From the IMG/VR virus record IMGVR_UViG_3300037069_002825, positions 15,794 to 79,793 of that record: a DNA stretch of 64,000 bases, one strand, 5' to 3'. The translations under genes and the position numbers were made by a program. The stretch is from a virus. Under the pieces are notes generated by a model. The model had not been told where the DNA came from. It ran no database searches and was given only the letters and a program-made list of their open reading frames with translations. This document shows, piece by piece, positions 53,598 to 63,683 of this stretch; the stretch's first letter is position 1; each line of letters opens with the position of its first letter.

Positions 53598-54374
53598 ATG
53601 CGAAACCTGCTATTGACATCGCCGGAGATGCGTGGCGAGGACGTGCGCACCCTGCAGCGGGCGCTCAACGACCGGCTGCATGCCCGCAAGTCACGCGTTC
53701 ACCTGGCCGAAGACGGGATCTTCGGACGCGAGACCCTGCACGCCGTCAAGGTGATTGCCTATGACCTGGGCCTCCACGACTACAACGCGACGCCGGCCGT
53801 TCAGCGCCTGATCATCCAGCCGCACTACCGCAACCCCGGCGAGCTGTGGGCGGCGCGCAAGCGCGAAGAGGAGCGCAAGGCGGCATCTGAGGCAGCGGGC
53901 GGCGCGGTCGGCCTCGACGCCATCGTGGCTCACGCCCATCGCTTCCTGGGCACGCATGAGCAGCCACCGGAATCGAACTGGGGCGAGCCGTACCCTGCCG
54001 ACTGGGAGCGCGAGTTCGGCTTCGACTCGGGCGTCAGCTGGTGCGGGTGCTTCTCGGGCGCCATGGTGAACCTCGCGGGCGGCCACGTCACCGATCGCGT
54101 GGCGTTCTGTCCCTACATCGAGGCTGACGCCCGCTCGCGATCGAACGGCTTCGATCGGTGGGTGCCCAACCACGGCGAAGGTGTCGAGCCGGGCTGGCTG
54201 GTCCTCTTCAACTGGGTCGGCGGCTCGGAACCGGAGCACGTCGAGATCGTCAAGAAGGTCCAGGCCGATCAGCTCATCACGATCGGCGGCAACACGGGAG
54301 GGTTCGGTGGGGAGGTCGCCGAACAGGGTCGTCCATTCAACTTGACGGTCGGCTATGCCCGGCCGCGCGTCTAA
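53598..54374 (+). CDS. Endolysin: peptidoglycan-binding domain plus CHAP amidase
   Basis: G.DV..LQ.ALN...DGIFG..T..AVK; WC..F; HVEIV; TIGGNT. Confidence 0.88.
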   Translation: MRNLLLTSPEMRGEDVRTLQRALNDRLHARKSRVHLAEDGIFGRETLHAVKVIAYDLGLHDYNATPAVQRLIIQPHYRNPGELWAARKREEERKAASEAAGGAVGLDAIVAHAHRFLGTHEQPPESNWGEPYPADWEREFGFDSGVSWCGCFSGAMVNLAGGHVTDRVAFCPYIEADARSRSNGFDRWVPNHGEGVEPGWLVLFNWVGGSEPEHVEIVKKVQADQLITIGGNTGGFGGEVAEQGRPFNLTVGYARPRV

Positions 54375-54403
54375 ACAGAGTCCCTAGAGGAGAACTGCTC
54401 GCT

Positions 54404-55021
54404 ATGTCAACACCCGCAATGTCAACACCCAAGTCGCCGCTCATTACCATTGAGCGCTCAGTCGCGTTTGCCGTTGGTCCGCTGGTTGCTGCCGGCGCTG
54501 GCTGGCTCTCGACCTTTCTCGCCGCGAAGCTCGGCATCAACGAGAGCGCCGAAGCGATTGTCGGCGTGTACGTCGTCGGGCAGGGGGGCGCCTTCTACCT
54601 TGCCAACAAATGGCTCGGCGGTCGACAGGCTGCCTATCTCCTGAAAATCGAGCACGAGGCCGCCAGCCTCGGGCACGTTGCGGCGGCACTCGGGATCGGC
54701 GCACCCGCCCAGCACGCCGCCGCCGGTGACCTGATGAAGCTGCTTGAGACCACCGCTGACGATGCGGTGAGGGCGGCGGCCAACAAGATCGCCGCCACGT
54801 CGCACGCCGAGGGTGTCGCGGCCGCTCGGGCGGCATCAGATGCGCTGCGGGCACCGGCCGACGCAACTGCTCCATCCGGCGAGGTGGTTGCCACGCCGCC
54901 GCCGGCCGCCATGGCCCCGATTGCCCCGGCTCAAGATCCCGCCCCCCCGGGCACGCCCGTAGTGGGCACGTCCGGCGATGGCACCCAGGCGGCCGGCGCG
55001 GGAGCGGCCCCGGGCCAGTGA
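54404..55021 (+). CDS. Putative holin with Ala/Pro-rich tail
   Basis: Two TM segments directly after the endolysin; GAGGAG RBS. Confidence 0.6.
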   Translation: MSTPAMSTPKSPLITIERSVAFAVGPLVAAGAGWLSTFLAAKLGINESAEAIVGVYVVGQGGAFYLANKWLGGRQAAYLLKIEHEAASLGHVAAALGIGAPAQHAAAGDLMKLLETTADDAVRAAANKIAATSHAEGVAAARAASDALRAPADATAPSGEVVATPPPAAMAPIAPAQDPAPPGTPVVGTSGDGTQAAGAGAAPGQ

Positions 55022-55443
55022 GTAGCGCCAAGGCAGACTGGCACCTCGCCGATCTGCTTGACGCGACCGAAGACCCCTTCGACACGATGATCTACTCCTC
55101 CGGGCTTACGGTCGACCTGACCGGCTCGGAGGAGGATCTGGCGGCCGCCGTGGCCGAGACCCTGGCGATGGAGCGACGTCTGTTCGAGCGTGGCGTCATC
55201 TGCGATCTAAAGGACAACGGACAGGACTGCCAGACGTGCCCAATGCCCATGAGCGACGAGCGCGGCCTGCATCCGCTCTGCCGGGTCGGCAAGGACCAGT
55301 TCAACCTGCTCGGCCGCCTAGCGCAGCGCAAGCGCACGCGGCAGGCGCCGTTCGTCGAGATCGCACGGGCGGTGGGCGAGTTCGTCGAGCTTGGCCACCT
55401 CAACGCCCACGACGCCGAGCTGCTGACGGCGGTGGGCATGTGA
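55018..55443 (+). CDS. Cys-containing hypothetical protein
   Basis: C.LK....C..CP......LC. Confidence 0.5.
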   Translation: MSSAKADWHLADLLDATEDPFDTMIYSSGLTVDLTGSEEDLAAAVAETLAMERRLFERGVICDLKDNGQDCQTCPMPMSDERGLHPLCRVGKDQFNLLGRLAQRKRTRQAPFVEIARAVGEFVELGHLNAHDAELLTAVGM

Positions 55444-55459
55444 GTGCCCCCGTCGTCTG

Positions 55460-55933
55460 ATGGCCGCGCCGCGCGACTACCCGGCCCACCGACTGTCCAC
55501 GCTCTTCCTTCGGGTGCCGAGCGTGGACTGGACGGCGGTGCGAAGGGGGAGCAAGACCGAGTTTCGGACACTGGCTCGGCCGGGGAAGCTGATCCTGCCT
55601 CTCTGCCCGACACCCGTCGTGGCCTACATGGTGAAGCGGAACGGCGAACACGCCGCCAAGCTCATGGTCCTCATCAGCCAGGAGAAGCAGCAGCTCCTCC
55701 AGATCGCCGAGGACGGCGACGCGCTCGCCCGCGAGGGCTTCAGCACCTACCGCGAATTCATCGACTACTTCCGTCGTCGTCAGGCCCACGCCTACCGGAT
55801 GAACCAGGACGTCGTTGTGAGCCGTGTGCGACCCTACGGCGCACTGGACGATTCCGAGATGGGCGCACGTCTGCTCAGGCGCCTTTATGGTGAGTACCGC
55901 AATGGGGAGTTCTCTGAGCATGCGCACCTGTAA
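55460..55933 (+). CDS. ASCH/PUA-like protein
   Basis: V..G.KTEFR, L..I....A..REGF....EF...F. Confidence 0.55.
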   Translation: MAAPRDYPAHRLSTLFLRVPSVDWTAVRRGSKTEFRTLARPGKLILPLCPTPVVAYMVKRNGEHAAKLMVLISQEKQQLLQIAEDGDALAREGFSTYREFIDYFRRRQAHAYRMNQDVVVSRVRPYGALDDSEMGARLLRRLYGEYRNGEFSEHAHL

Positions 55934-56438
55934 GTACAGCGGATGCCCGCGCGGCGGCGAAGGGTTTCTGCCGGCCTACCCAACCCAGGACTACTGCACG
56001 GCGGCTTGTCGCCGCGATGACAAGAAGGCAAGCCCGAAGCCCCGAAGGGAGACCGTCACTGAGGCCACGACGCGGGCGGCAGGCAAGGCTCAGTTCAAGA
56101 GCGGGGACGCGATCTGTCGAGGCCCGAACTGCACGAGAAGGGTCCAGCACGAGCACCACGCGGTTTACGAAAAAACACTTGTCCGGCTGAGACTGCCGAT
56201 ATGGGATCGGCGTAACGCACTCGGGCTGTGTGTCAACTGTCACTTTAACCACCACCACGGGATTCGTAAGCTCCCACTCACTTGCCTGCACCAGCGGAAC
56301 ATCGACTATGCCTTTGAGGTCATGAAAGAGCGCGCGGGCGACTACCTGCGGCGTAAGTACGACGGCTTCGATGCCCGCGTGCAGGTGAAAGAGACCGAGA
56401 TCGGCCTACCGCCGCTGAGGCTATGCCCGCCCCTGTAA
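55920..56438 (+). CDS. HNH endonuclease
   Basis: C....C......HH...N...LC.NCH..HH; adjacent to terminase. Confidence 0.75.
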   Translation: MRTCKYSGCPRGGEGFLPAYPTQDYCTAACRRDDKKASPKPRRETVTEATTRAAGKAQFKSGDAICRGPNCTRRVQHEHHAVYEKTLVRLRLPIWDRRNALGLCVNCHFNHHHGIRKLPLTCLHQRNIDYAFEVMKERAGDYLRRKYDGFDARVQVKETEIGLPPLRLCPPL

Positions 56439-57079
56439 ACGACTACAGCGTCGAGCTGCCTGCGGGCGGCACTATGCACCTCCAGAGCGACGAGGAGGTC
56501 GAGATATGGGAGAAGGCGCTTGAGCGCTATCGCGAGGACTACACGTTCGCGAAGATGAATGACCTGTTCACCCTCGGTTCGTTGCTCCAGCAGCAGCTCA
56601 TCCTCTTCCGGGCGCAGGTGAGGATCAACGGCATGGAGCCCGTGCTCGACGCTAAGCGTGTGCCCACCGGCCAGTACCAGGCGGTCGAACTTGAACCGTC
56701 GCAGGTCTCGCACTACCAGAAACAGGTTATCGCCGCCAGTACGGAGATGCGTAACCTGGAGAAGCAGCTAGGAATCGACAAGGCCACGCGCGAGCAGGGC
56801 GGCACACACACCGTGGACAGCTTCCTCAGTACACTGAAGCGCGCGGCCCATGAGCGCGGAGTCCACATCTCTAAGCGCACACTGGAGTACGAACGTGTGA
56901 TAAACGACCTTCGCACCCGGCTGCGCATACTAAAAAACGGTGACGCAGAAGACCGGGCCTATCACAACATTAGCCCCAAGACGATCCTACTCTGGCTGGA
57001 CGATGAGTGTGACACACTCGCCAAGGTGGACCAGGAATTCAATCGCGATAAGGGCAAGCTCTTCGTGGGGAAGCTGTGA
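56423..57079 (+). CDS. Putative terminase small subunit
   Basis: Directly upstream of TerL; helical, ..LGI...R motif. Confidence 0.55.
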   Translation: MPAPVNDYSVELPAGGTMHLQSDEEVEIWEKALERYREDYTFAKMNDLFTLGSLLQQQLILFRAQVRINGMEPVLDAKRVPTGQYQAVELEPSQVSHYQKQVIAASTEMRNLEKQLGIDKATREQGGTHTVDSFLSTLKRAAHERGVHISKRTLEYERVINDLRTRLRILKNGDAEDRAYHNISPKTILLWLDDECDTLAKVDQEFNRDKGKLFVGKL

Positions 57080-59934
57080 TGGCCGTTAGCGAACTGGGGC
57101 GCATTGACGGGCAGAGGGACATGCGAGTCGTCGAGGGCGTCTGGGCGTTCAACGAGGAAGACTTCCTCCTCCTAGCCATGCTCGCAGATCCCATCTTCTG
57201 CGCCGAGCTGCTTTTCGAGAACCCAAAGAACCACACTCACGGCGGCTGCTATGTAGTGCTGGATTACCAGTATCCACTCTTTAGGCCGACCGAGTGTTAC
57301 GAGACGTTCCCCTGCGCGCGAAGCGTCGGCAAGACGGAGTCGCTCAAGGCGCGCTCCGTGAGCCACGCCTTCCGGAGACTCGGAGAGGATCTCCTCCTAA
57401 CTGCGCCCGAGCTGATCCACCTCCAGCCGCTGACGCAGGCCGTCGAATCCCGCATCACTTCCACCCGGCTGCTGAGGGAGTTCCTCAAGAAAGAAAACCA
57501 GCGCACGGGCATCGTCAAAACACCCGCCTTCCAGGTGGACTTTGTGGACAGCACCCGCATTATGGGCCGCATCCCGAAGGTTACGGGCACCGGGGTGAAG
57601 GGCATGCACGAGCCCGACATGATGATGGATGAGTGCTTTCCGGCGGGGTCACTGGTGCTGACGAAAACGGGACTTGTGCCGATCGAGAAGGTGAAGGTTG
57701 GCGAAATGGTGCTAACCCACAGAAACCGCTGGCGCCCCGTGACGGCGACGATGAAACGGCGTCGCGCAACTGTAATAGTCAAAGGGCAAGGACACACGGG
57801 CATCCGCTGCTCGGTGAATCACAAGTTTTGGAGCCTCACCACGCGTCGTGGAGCGCGAGAGACCGACGGGCATCAGCGAAAGGTCTACGGCGACCCGACG
57901 TTTACTCCGGCGATCGACCTAGCGCCCGAAGGTGGGTACCCCAAGGACGACGGTGCGCGATACGGTGCGCACTACTGGGCGACGCCCACTGTCGTTCCCT
58001 CCGTATCGGTCCCCGCAATGCCGGAGGTCAATTGGGACTGTGACGCCTTCTGGTGGCTCATGGGTGTCTACATGGCCGAGGGGTGCGTATCAAAGGCGGG
58101 CCAGTTGATCCTGGCTGTCCATCGCGACGAGGTGCGGGAGGTTAGCCGCGCTCTCGACGAGGTCGGAGTCGAATGGAGCGTGTATTTCGATAACGATAGC
58201 CTCGGCGCGCGAATTCAGCTAAGAGGTGTGGCTGCCAAAAGCTACGCAAGGTTCATGTGTGGAGAGGTGGGGCGCATCGCGGCACAGCATCAGGTCCCGG
58301 TGTGGGTGTGTAGCTCGGGGGGGCGATGCCGATCGCTAGTGCTCGATGGTTATCTTTGGGGCGATGGATCAGCGGACCCCGACGCTCGCTATGCGCCAGG
58401 GCGCTGGAAAGCCGCGTGCAGGGACAAGCAGCTCGCCCTCTCTATCAAGCTGCTTGCACAGACTCTGGGCTACTCGGTCGCACTGCACTGGACGCCGCCG
58501 GAGCAAAAAGAGATTCGGGGCAGGCCCGTGAAGGGCATGGGCTATTACCAGATCGTCGGCTCGCTCAAGTCGTTTACCCACGAACGGGACGGCCAGCGCT
58601 TCTCCCTGGTCAAGGACATCCAGTTGACCGGGGAGACCGAGGAGCTATATGACCTGGCGGTGGCCGACGATCATAGCTTTGTGTGTGAACAGACAATTGT
58701 CTCGAATTCGCAAGACTACCCCGAGCGAGGCTTCATCGAGATACACGAGACGGTGATGAAGGACCACGTGGACGCCACCGGCAGATACGACTTCACATAT
58801 CACCTCTACGGCGTGCACTCAGCCGTACAGGGCGGTCGGTTCGCGAAGCTCGCCAGCAGCGGCGACTTCAAGGTGACGGCCGTCACCGCGATTATGAAGC
58901 CGGGGTGGAATAAGCACGAGAAGGCGGCTGCGGCTGCAATGTACGGTGGCACAAACGCCCCCGACTATCGTCGTAACATTCTGGGCGAGGCTGGCACGGG
59001 GGCCTCGCAGTTCTTCGTGACGAGCCGTCTGATGGCGTGTGTCGACCAGGACGAGGAGTCGACCTACAACCAGTTGGAGTACCGGGCGCAGGAGTTCCAG
59101 ATCGAGGAGGTGGACAAACTCATCCCAGCGGGCGGTGACGTCGGCAACATCCTCGACCTGCCTGACAATCTCGGCCAGCAGGTATATGGCGGGATGGACG
59201 TCGGGCTCGTCACCGACCCCACGGTGATCGTCATCTGCGCGGTGCTGCCTGATAAGAATAAGAAGGCGCGCCTCAAGCTCGTGCGGAAGTTTCACCTCTG
59301 GCGCTTCCGCGAGACCCAGATCCGTCAGTGCACCTACGCGATAGCGCGCAAGTACGGGCTCACCCTCAGGGCGTTTGGCCAGGACATCACCGGGCTGGGG
59401 CTGCCGCTCTACCAGGCGATGGGCGATGACGAGAAGTGCCCCGAGCACCTGCGCGAGGTCTCCAAGGGCTACGTATTCAACGCCAAGATGCCGATCGCCG
59501 TGGACCCTAACTTCGTCTCAAAGCAGGCCGGTGAAATGGTCGACCAGTTCGGCCACGTCGTCGAAGAACGGCGCAACGACTGGACGGGCAAGATCGAACT
59601 GGTCGCAAAGATGACCATGATCGAGGCATCGACCCGCTACCTACGCGGCTTCGTCGACAACAGCTTCCTCCAGCTGCCGTTCGACCCAAGACTGGTGAAG
59701 GACATGCAGGGTGAGACCGAACAGCGCGTGCGCGCCATGGGCGCCAGTCACCTACGGAAGAAGCCCAACGCCTTCCACGAACTGGATGCGCTGCGTGCGC
59801 TCGCCATGGCCTACAAGGCCGGCGAGATCGAGGAGATGGTCTACGCACGCTCCGAGGGGCCGATTATGGAGAAAGCGGTCGACCTCACCGGCACGGGGGA
59901 GATGTCCATCGGCGGCCAGGAACTGATGCAGTGA
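57076..59934 (+). CDS. terL: Terminase large subunit containing an intein
   Basis: ARSVGKT Walker A, MMDE|SQD Walker B, GGMDVG...DPT, D.TGLG, H.LDA.R. Confidence 0.9.
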   Translation: MMAVSELGRIDGQRDMRVVEGVWAFNEEDFLLLAMLADPIFCAELLFENPKNHTHGGCYVVLDYQYPLFRPTECYETFPCARSVGKTESLKARSVSHAFRRLGEDLLLTAPELIHLQPLTQAVESRITSTRLLREFLKKENQRTGIVKTPAFQVDFVDSTRIMGRIPKVTGTGVKGMHEPDMMMDECFPAGSLVLTKTGLVPIEKVKVGEMVLTHRNRWRPVTATMKRRRATVIVKGQGHTGIRCSVNHKFWSLTTRRGARETDGHQRKVYGDPTFTPAIDLAPEGGYPKDDGARYGAHYWATPTVVPSVSVPAMPEVNWDCDAFWWLMGVYMAEGCVSKAGQLILAVHRDEVREVSRALDEVGVEWSVYFDNDSLGARIQLRGVAAKSYARFMCGEVGRIAAQHQVPVWVCSSGGRCRSLVLDGYLWGDGSADPDARYAPGRWKAACRDKQLALSIKLLAQTLGYSVALHWTPPEQKEIRGRPVKGMGYYQIVGSLKSFTHERDGQRFSLVKDIQLTGETEELYDLAVADDHSFVCEQTIVSNSQDYPERGFIEIHETVMKDHVDATGRYDFTYHLYGVHSAVQGGRFAKLASSGDFKVTAVTAIMKPGWNKHEKAAAAAMYGGTNAPDYRRNILGEAGTGASQFFVTSRLMACVDQDEESTYNQLEYRAQEFQIEEVDKLIPAGGDVGNILDLPDNLGQQVYGGMDVGLVTDPTVIVICAVLPDKNKKARLKLVRKFHLWRFRETQIRQCTYAIARKYGLTLRAFGQDITGLGLPLYQAMGDDEKCPEHLREVSKGYVFNAKMPIAVDPNFVSKQAGEMVDQFGHVVEERRNDWTGKIELVAKMTMIEASTRYLRGFVDNSFLQLPFDPRLVKDMQGETEQRVRAMGASHLRKKPNAFHELDALRALAMAYKAGEIEEMVYARSEGPIMEKAVDLTGTGEMSIGGQELMQ
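57634..58707 (+). mobile_element. 358-aa intein with LAGLIDADG homing endonuclease
   Basis: CFPAGSLV, block B CSVNHKF, MGVYMAEG and LDGYLWGDG, YDLAVADDHSF...VSN|S. Confidence 0.93.
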
Positions 59935-60185
59935 TTGGGCAATACACCGATCGGTTTTACGACGAGGCGGGACGTCGGCGTGAGACGCCGAAGAAGCGTC
60001 AGCCGCGACCCGTCACGCGTGGGCGCCGCAAGAGCCGAGCGCCCGAGACCAGGCGCCGACGCATCGAGCGCCTGGAACTGCTCCCACGCGAGGTCTTCTC
60101 CGGCCCGGTCGTCCGGCCGTTTCGCCCGAGCGCGAAAGAGATCGAGACACGCGCCCGCGAAGGCTACGTCCCGCTGCGCTCGTGA
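59931..60185 (+). CDS. Small Arg-rich protein
   Basis: GTGA coupling at both ends. Confidence 0.45.
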   Translation: MIGQYTDRFYDEAGRRRETPKKRQPRPVTRGRRKSRAPETRRRRIERLELLPREVFSGPVVRPFRPSAKEIETRAREGYVPLRS

Positions 60186-60490
60186 CCGAAGCTGCGCTGA
60201 CGCCCCCCCGCTGGGATCTGACGCTGCCAAAGCTGCGCAGGCGTCGGAAACGGCGCCCCGACTGGCGGATACGCGTCCTCCTCCTCCTCGCCGCCCTGCA
60301 CGCCGTCGAGCTGGTACTCGTGATCGGCACGGGTGACTATCTCGCTATGGCGGTCGTGGCTATCAAAGTGGGCCTGCTCGTCGAAGCGGCGCGGGCGCTC
60401 GGTCGGGGGCGTGAGCTGTGGTCCCTTCGACTAATGCAGATGTTCCTCGCCGTGAACGTCGCCACGTTGATCCTTCTTCCGGCGTCGTGA
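60182..60490 (+). CDS. Three-TM membrane protein
   Basis: Hydrophobic helices; coupled. Confidence 0.5.
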   Translation: MTEAALTPPRWDLTLPKLRRRRKRRPDWRIRVLLLLAALHAVELVLVIGTGDYLAMAVVAIKVGLLVEAARALGRGRELWSLRLMQMFLAVNVATLILLPAS

Positions 60491-60903
60491 CCCTCGACGA
60501 GATCAGGCAGACGCTCGCGCTAGCGCTCCCGGTGCGGACGCCGACCTTCGAGCACGGGACGCCCGCGCACCAGCGCGTCGCCGGCATCGAGGATTACATG
60601 TTCGACGCGGCGGTTCACCACGGGTCACTTGTCGAGGCGAGACACTGGCTCCGGCACGCAGAGGACGAGCTGCGTCGCAAGGTCGACGAGATGCAGGGCT
60701 GGGAGCAGTTCATGTCCCGGCGTGGCAGCGGAGCGCCCACCAGGCCAGAGATCGACCGCGCGAAGCGCCAGCTCGACCCCGGGCTGTTCGCCGCCGGCCG
60801 TGAGGTGAGGCTGCTGCGCGGGAGCGTTGACGATCAGATCGCGCGCTTCGAGTTCGAGCAGTCCACGCTTTCCCGGGTCTACAGCCTGATCTCTGGGTCC
60901 TGA
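60487..60903 (+). CDS. Hypothetical helical protein
   Basis: GTGA coupling. Confidence 0.55.
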   Translation: MTLDEIRQTLALALPVRTPTFEHGTPAHQRVAGIEDYMFDAAVHHGSLVEARHWLRHAEDELRRKVDEMQGWEQFMSRRGSGAPTRPEIDRAKRQLDPGLFAAGREVRLLRGSVDDQIARFEFEQSTLSRVYSLISGS

Positions 60904-61004
60904 GGGCCAGATTTCCTACGGACAGACGCGTATATTAGGCCCGAGATGGCCAAGATTCCCCCCCGACGCCGTGATGGCTCGATAGACGCACGACTGGCAG
61001 CCTG

Positions 61005-63683
61005 ATGGACTCGATCCTGTTCCCGGCTGTTCCCCAGCCGGAGATGAACGTGGCCCATCGCGGCCCGGGCAGTCAGCCGGTCGAGGGCGCACCACATGCG
61101 GTTATCGATAACCGCACCGACCTCCCGGACGGTGTCGTTCAGCACGCCATCGAAGACAGGTGGGTCGAGCTGGCGGGTATGCAGTTCAGCCAGCCGAGCA
61201 ACTTCTCGCTCTACGCGACGACCAACCAGGGCTCGATGCTCGCTCGCACGCCGTTCCGCACGCCGAGCAACCCGATCCAGGAGGTTCAGCTCGCCCGCAC
61301 CGTCGCTGACACCGACGACGACGTAGGCGCAGCCATCGGCGAGTTGCTCGCCATCGCGTTTGGTGGTGGCCTGATGAATCAACATAGTGACGAAAAGACG
61401 CTCGAATTCTTCAACCAGATATGTGAACCCACGGGGCTCGATCTGGAGACCACCTTCGAAGAGATGTACCGCGAGTATCTGATAAGTGGCTCGATCACGA
61501 CGCTGTCACTCTTCCTTCGGCAACGCCTCTCCTACTTCCCGCCCAAGAGTGACTCGCCGGTTGCGGCCCAGCTACAGGTGCCACGGGTAGGCATTCTGCC
61601 GGCCGAGAACCTACGCGTCATCACCAACGACATTCTCGGCCAGGGTGAGCTTGCCTACCACGTCGAGGACAGCAACTTCAAAAACTGGCTCAACGAATAC
61701 TTCAACCCGCGCACGCCGCCACTGCGTAAGTCGATCATGGCGCAGGAGGAGCCGGTGATGGCCGCGTTGTTCACCGGGCGCATCCAGGTACCCTACAATG
61801 ACGGCGACCCGGCCTCACGCGGCCTGGCGCTCTTCACGCTCAACCAGCGCATGGTTCACCGGACCACAATGCCGAAGGGCGCGATGCCCTACCCACGCCC
61901 GCTGCTGACGCGCAACTTCCCCCTGCTGGAGGCCAAGCGGCTGCTGAACATCATGGACTACGCGCTGCTCATGGGTGGAACCAACTACATCGTCATCGCG
62001 AAGAAGGGCTCGGAAAAGCAGCCGGCCCAGCCGGGCGAGGTGGAGAACCTCCAGAACCAGATCGTGCACGCCTCCCGCTCGGGCGTGCTCGTCGGTGACC
62101 ATCGCCTTGACATTCAGATCGTCACCCCGAATCTCGAAGAAATGCTGAATCCGAGCAAGCGTAAACTCGTTGGCCGCAAGATCGCCATGGGATTGCTGCG
62201 CCAGACAGAGCAGGTGACAGGTGACGCCGGAACGATGGGCGCCGAAAACGAGATGAGCCTGCTGGCGCGAGTGGTGACAAGTGACAGACGCAAGATCATC
62301 CGTCACGCCCACTCCACATTCTACGCCGAGACGGCCACGCGCAACCGGGTCGTATTCAAAGAGGGCGCGCCGACGATCTGGGCACCACCGATAATCCTCA
62401 CCGGCGTCAAAGACTTCTGGGCGAACGTGATCCAGGCGAGCGACCGTGGGCTCATCCCCCACCGCTATACCGTCGAAGCGCTGGGCTACGACTACGACGC
62501 CGCAATTGCGGAGCGCGAGCGAGAGCTTGCGCGCGGCGACACCCTGAGCCTCATTCCGGGGAAGATCCCCTACAGCGGCGGCGAACCGGGTGACGCCGAG
62601 AACGAAGAAGGAAATCCCGGCAATCCACGTGGACCCCAGGACGCCAATAAGGGGCGCCCGAAAGGCACCAGCTCCAACAACGGGCGCGGCAAGGACACAC
62701 CGGGCCAGGGCAAAGACCGCTTCGCACCCAATCATGTCATTCGGCGCACGGCCGGCGAGACCGTGCGCGCGATCGTCGAGAACGACGAGGTCGCCTATAT
62801 CGGCGAGACGACGCAGGCGCTCCTCGAACAGTACGAGGGCCGCATGGAGTTCGGTTACGTCACCGGCAGCGAGCGTGAAGCAATCGAGCAGAACCAGACG
62901 ATCAGGGCGGCCAGCTCCGTAATCGTGCCGGTCAACCCCGCCTTCGACTGTGTCGCCTTCCGCACGGTGAAGCTCGATGAGGGCCTGCGCCTGGTCGTAG
63001 GGCAGCGCCGGCACGATGATGCCCTGGTGGCCAAGGCCCTCCGCTTCTCAGAGCCGCAGTTCGATCTGCGCAAGGCCAGCGAATATGCACTGCGTTGGGG
63101 CTTCGTCACCGAACCATTCGTCGAAGCCGCCGGCGTGAAGCGATGCGCCAACTGTGGCAACGAACTGCCCGACTACTCCACGATGAACCCGGTGTGCCCC
63201 GACTGCGGTGCGGACAACACCGAACGGGACAGCGGCGGCTCACCCGTCCCGTCGGTCCCAGCCGAGGCGCCCGAGACCACTGCGCTGCTCACAAAGCTGG
63301 TGGAGTCCGGCGCGGCGAGGGAGCGCACACTGACGGAGCTGCTCCGCGACGCCACGGCGCGCAAGCGCGAGTCCGAAGAGCAGGCCGTCGAAATGCGCTG
63401 CCCCACCTGCGGGCTGCTCCAGAACGTCGAATTCGACATCATGGGCGAAGACTGTGAGCGATGCGGTGAAGCGCTCGGGCCGGCGTCCAAATCCATGCTC
63501 GCCTTCTTTGAGAAGAAGGGCGTCGAGCCGAGACGGGGCACGACTCCGCCGGCTGCGGCCTCTCAGCCGGACTTCCGTCAGGACGAAAGCGCCTGGACTA
63601 ACCTTGCGAGTTCCGAGGGCGCGACACTGCTCGACGAATGGGCTGCCGGCCACCACCAACGCGCGAAGGAGAAGCGAACATGA
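61005..63683 (+). CDS. Putative portal protein with long C-terminal extension
   Basis: Large gene after TerL; D..V..AI, P.P.L, .LG.D......E..RE followed by a GRP-containing tail as in portals. Confidence 0.7.
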   Translation: MDSILFPAVPQPEMNVAHRGPGSQPVEGAPHAVIDNRTDLPDGVVQHAIEDRWVELAGMQFSQPSNFSLYATTNQGSMLARTPFRTPSNPIQEVQLARTVADTDDDVGAAIGELLAIAFGGGLMNQHSDEKTLEFFNQICEPTGLDLETTFEEMYREYLISGSITTLSLFLRQRLSYFPPKSDSPVAAQLQVPRVGILPAENLRVITNDILGQGELAYHVEDSNFKNWLNEYFNPRTPPLRKSIMAQEEPVMAALFTGRIQVPYNDGDPASRGLALFTLNQRMVHRTTMPKGAMPYPRPLLTRNFPLLEAKRLLNIMDYALLMGGTNYIVIAKKGSEKQPAQPGEVENLQNQIVHASRSGVLVGDHRLDIQIVTPNLEEMLNPSKRKLVGRKIAMGLLRQTEQVTGDAGTMGAENEMSLLARVVTSDRRKIIRHAHSTFYAETATRNRVVFKEGAPTIWAPPIILTGVKDFWANVIQASDRGLIPHRYTVEALGYDYDAAIAERERELARGDTLSLIPGKIPYSGGEPGDAENEEGNPGNPRGPQDANKGRPKGTSSNNGRGKDTPGQGKDRFAPNHVIRRTAGETVRAIVENDEVAYIGETTQALLEQYEGRMEFGYVTGSEREAIEQNQTIRAASSVIVPVNPAFDCVAFRTVKLDEGLRLVVGQRRHDDALVAKALRFSEPQFDLRKASEYALRWGFVTEPFVEAAGVKRCANCGNELPDYSTMNPVCPDCGADNTERDSGGSPVPSVPAEAPETTALLTKLVESGAARERTLTELLRDATARKRESEEQAVEMRCPTCGLLQNVEFDIMGEDCERCGEALGPASKSMLAFFEKKGVEPRRGTTPPAAASQPDFRQDESAWTNLASSEGATLLDEWAAGHHQRAKEKRT

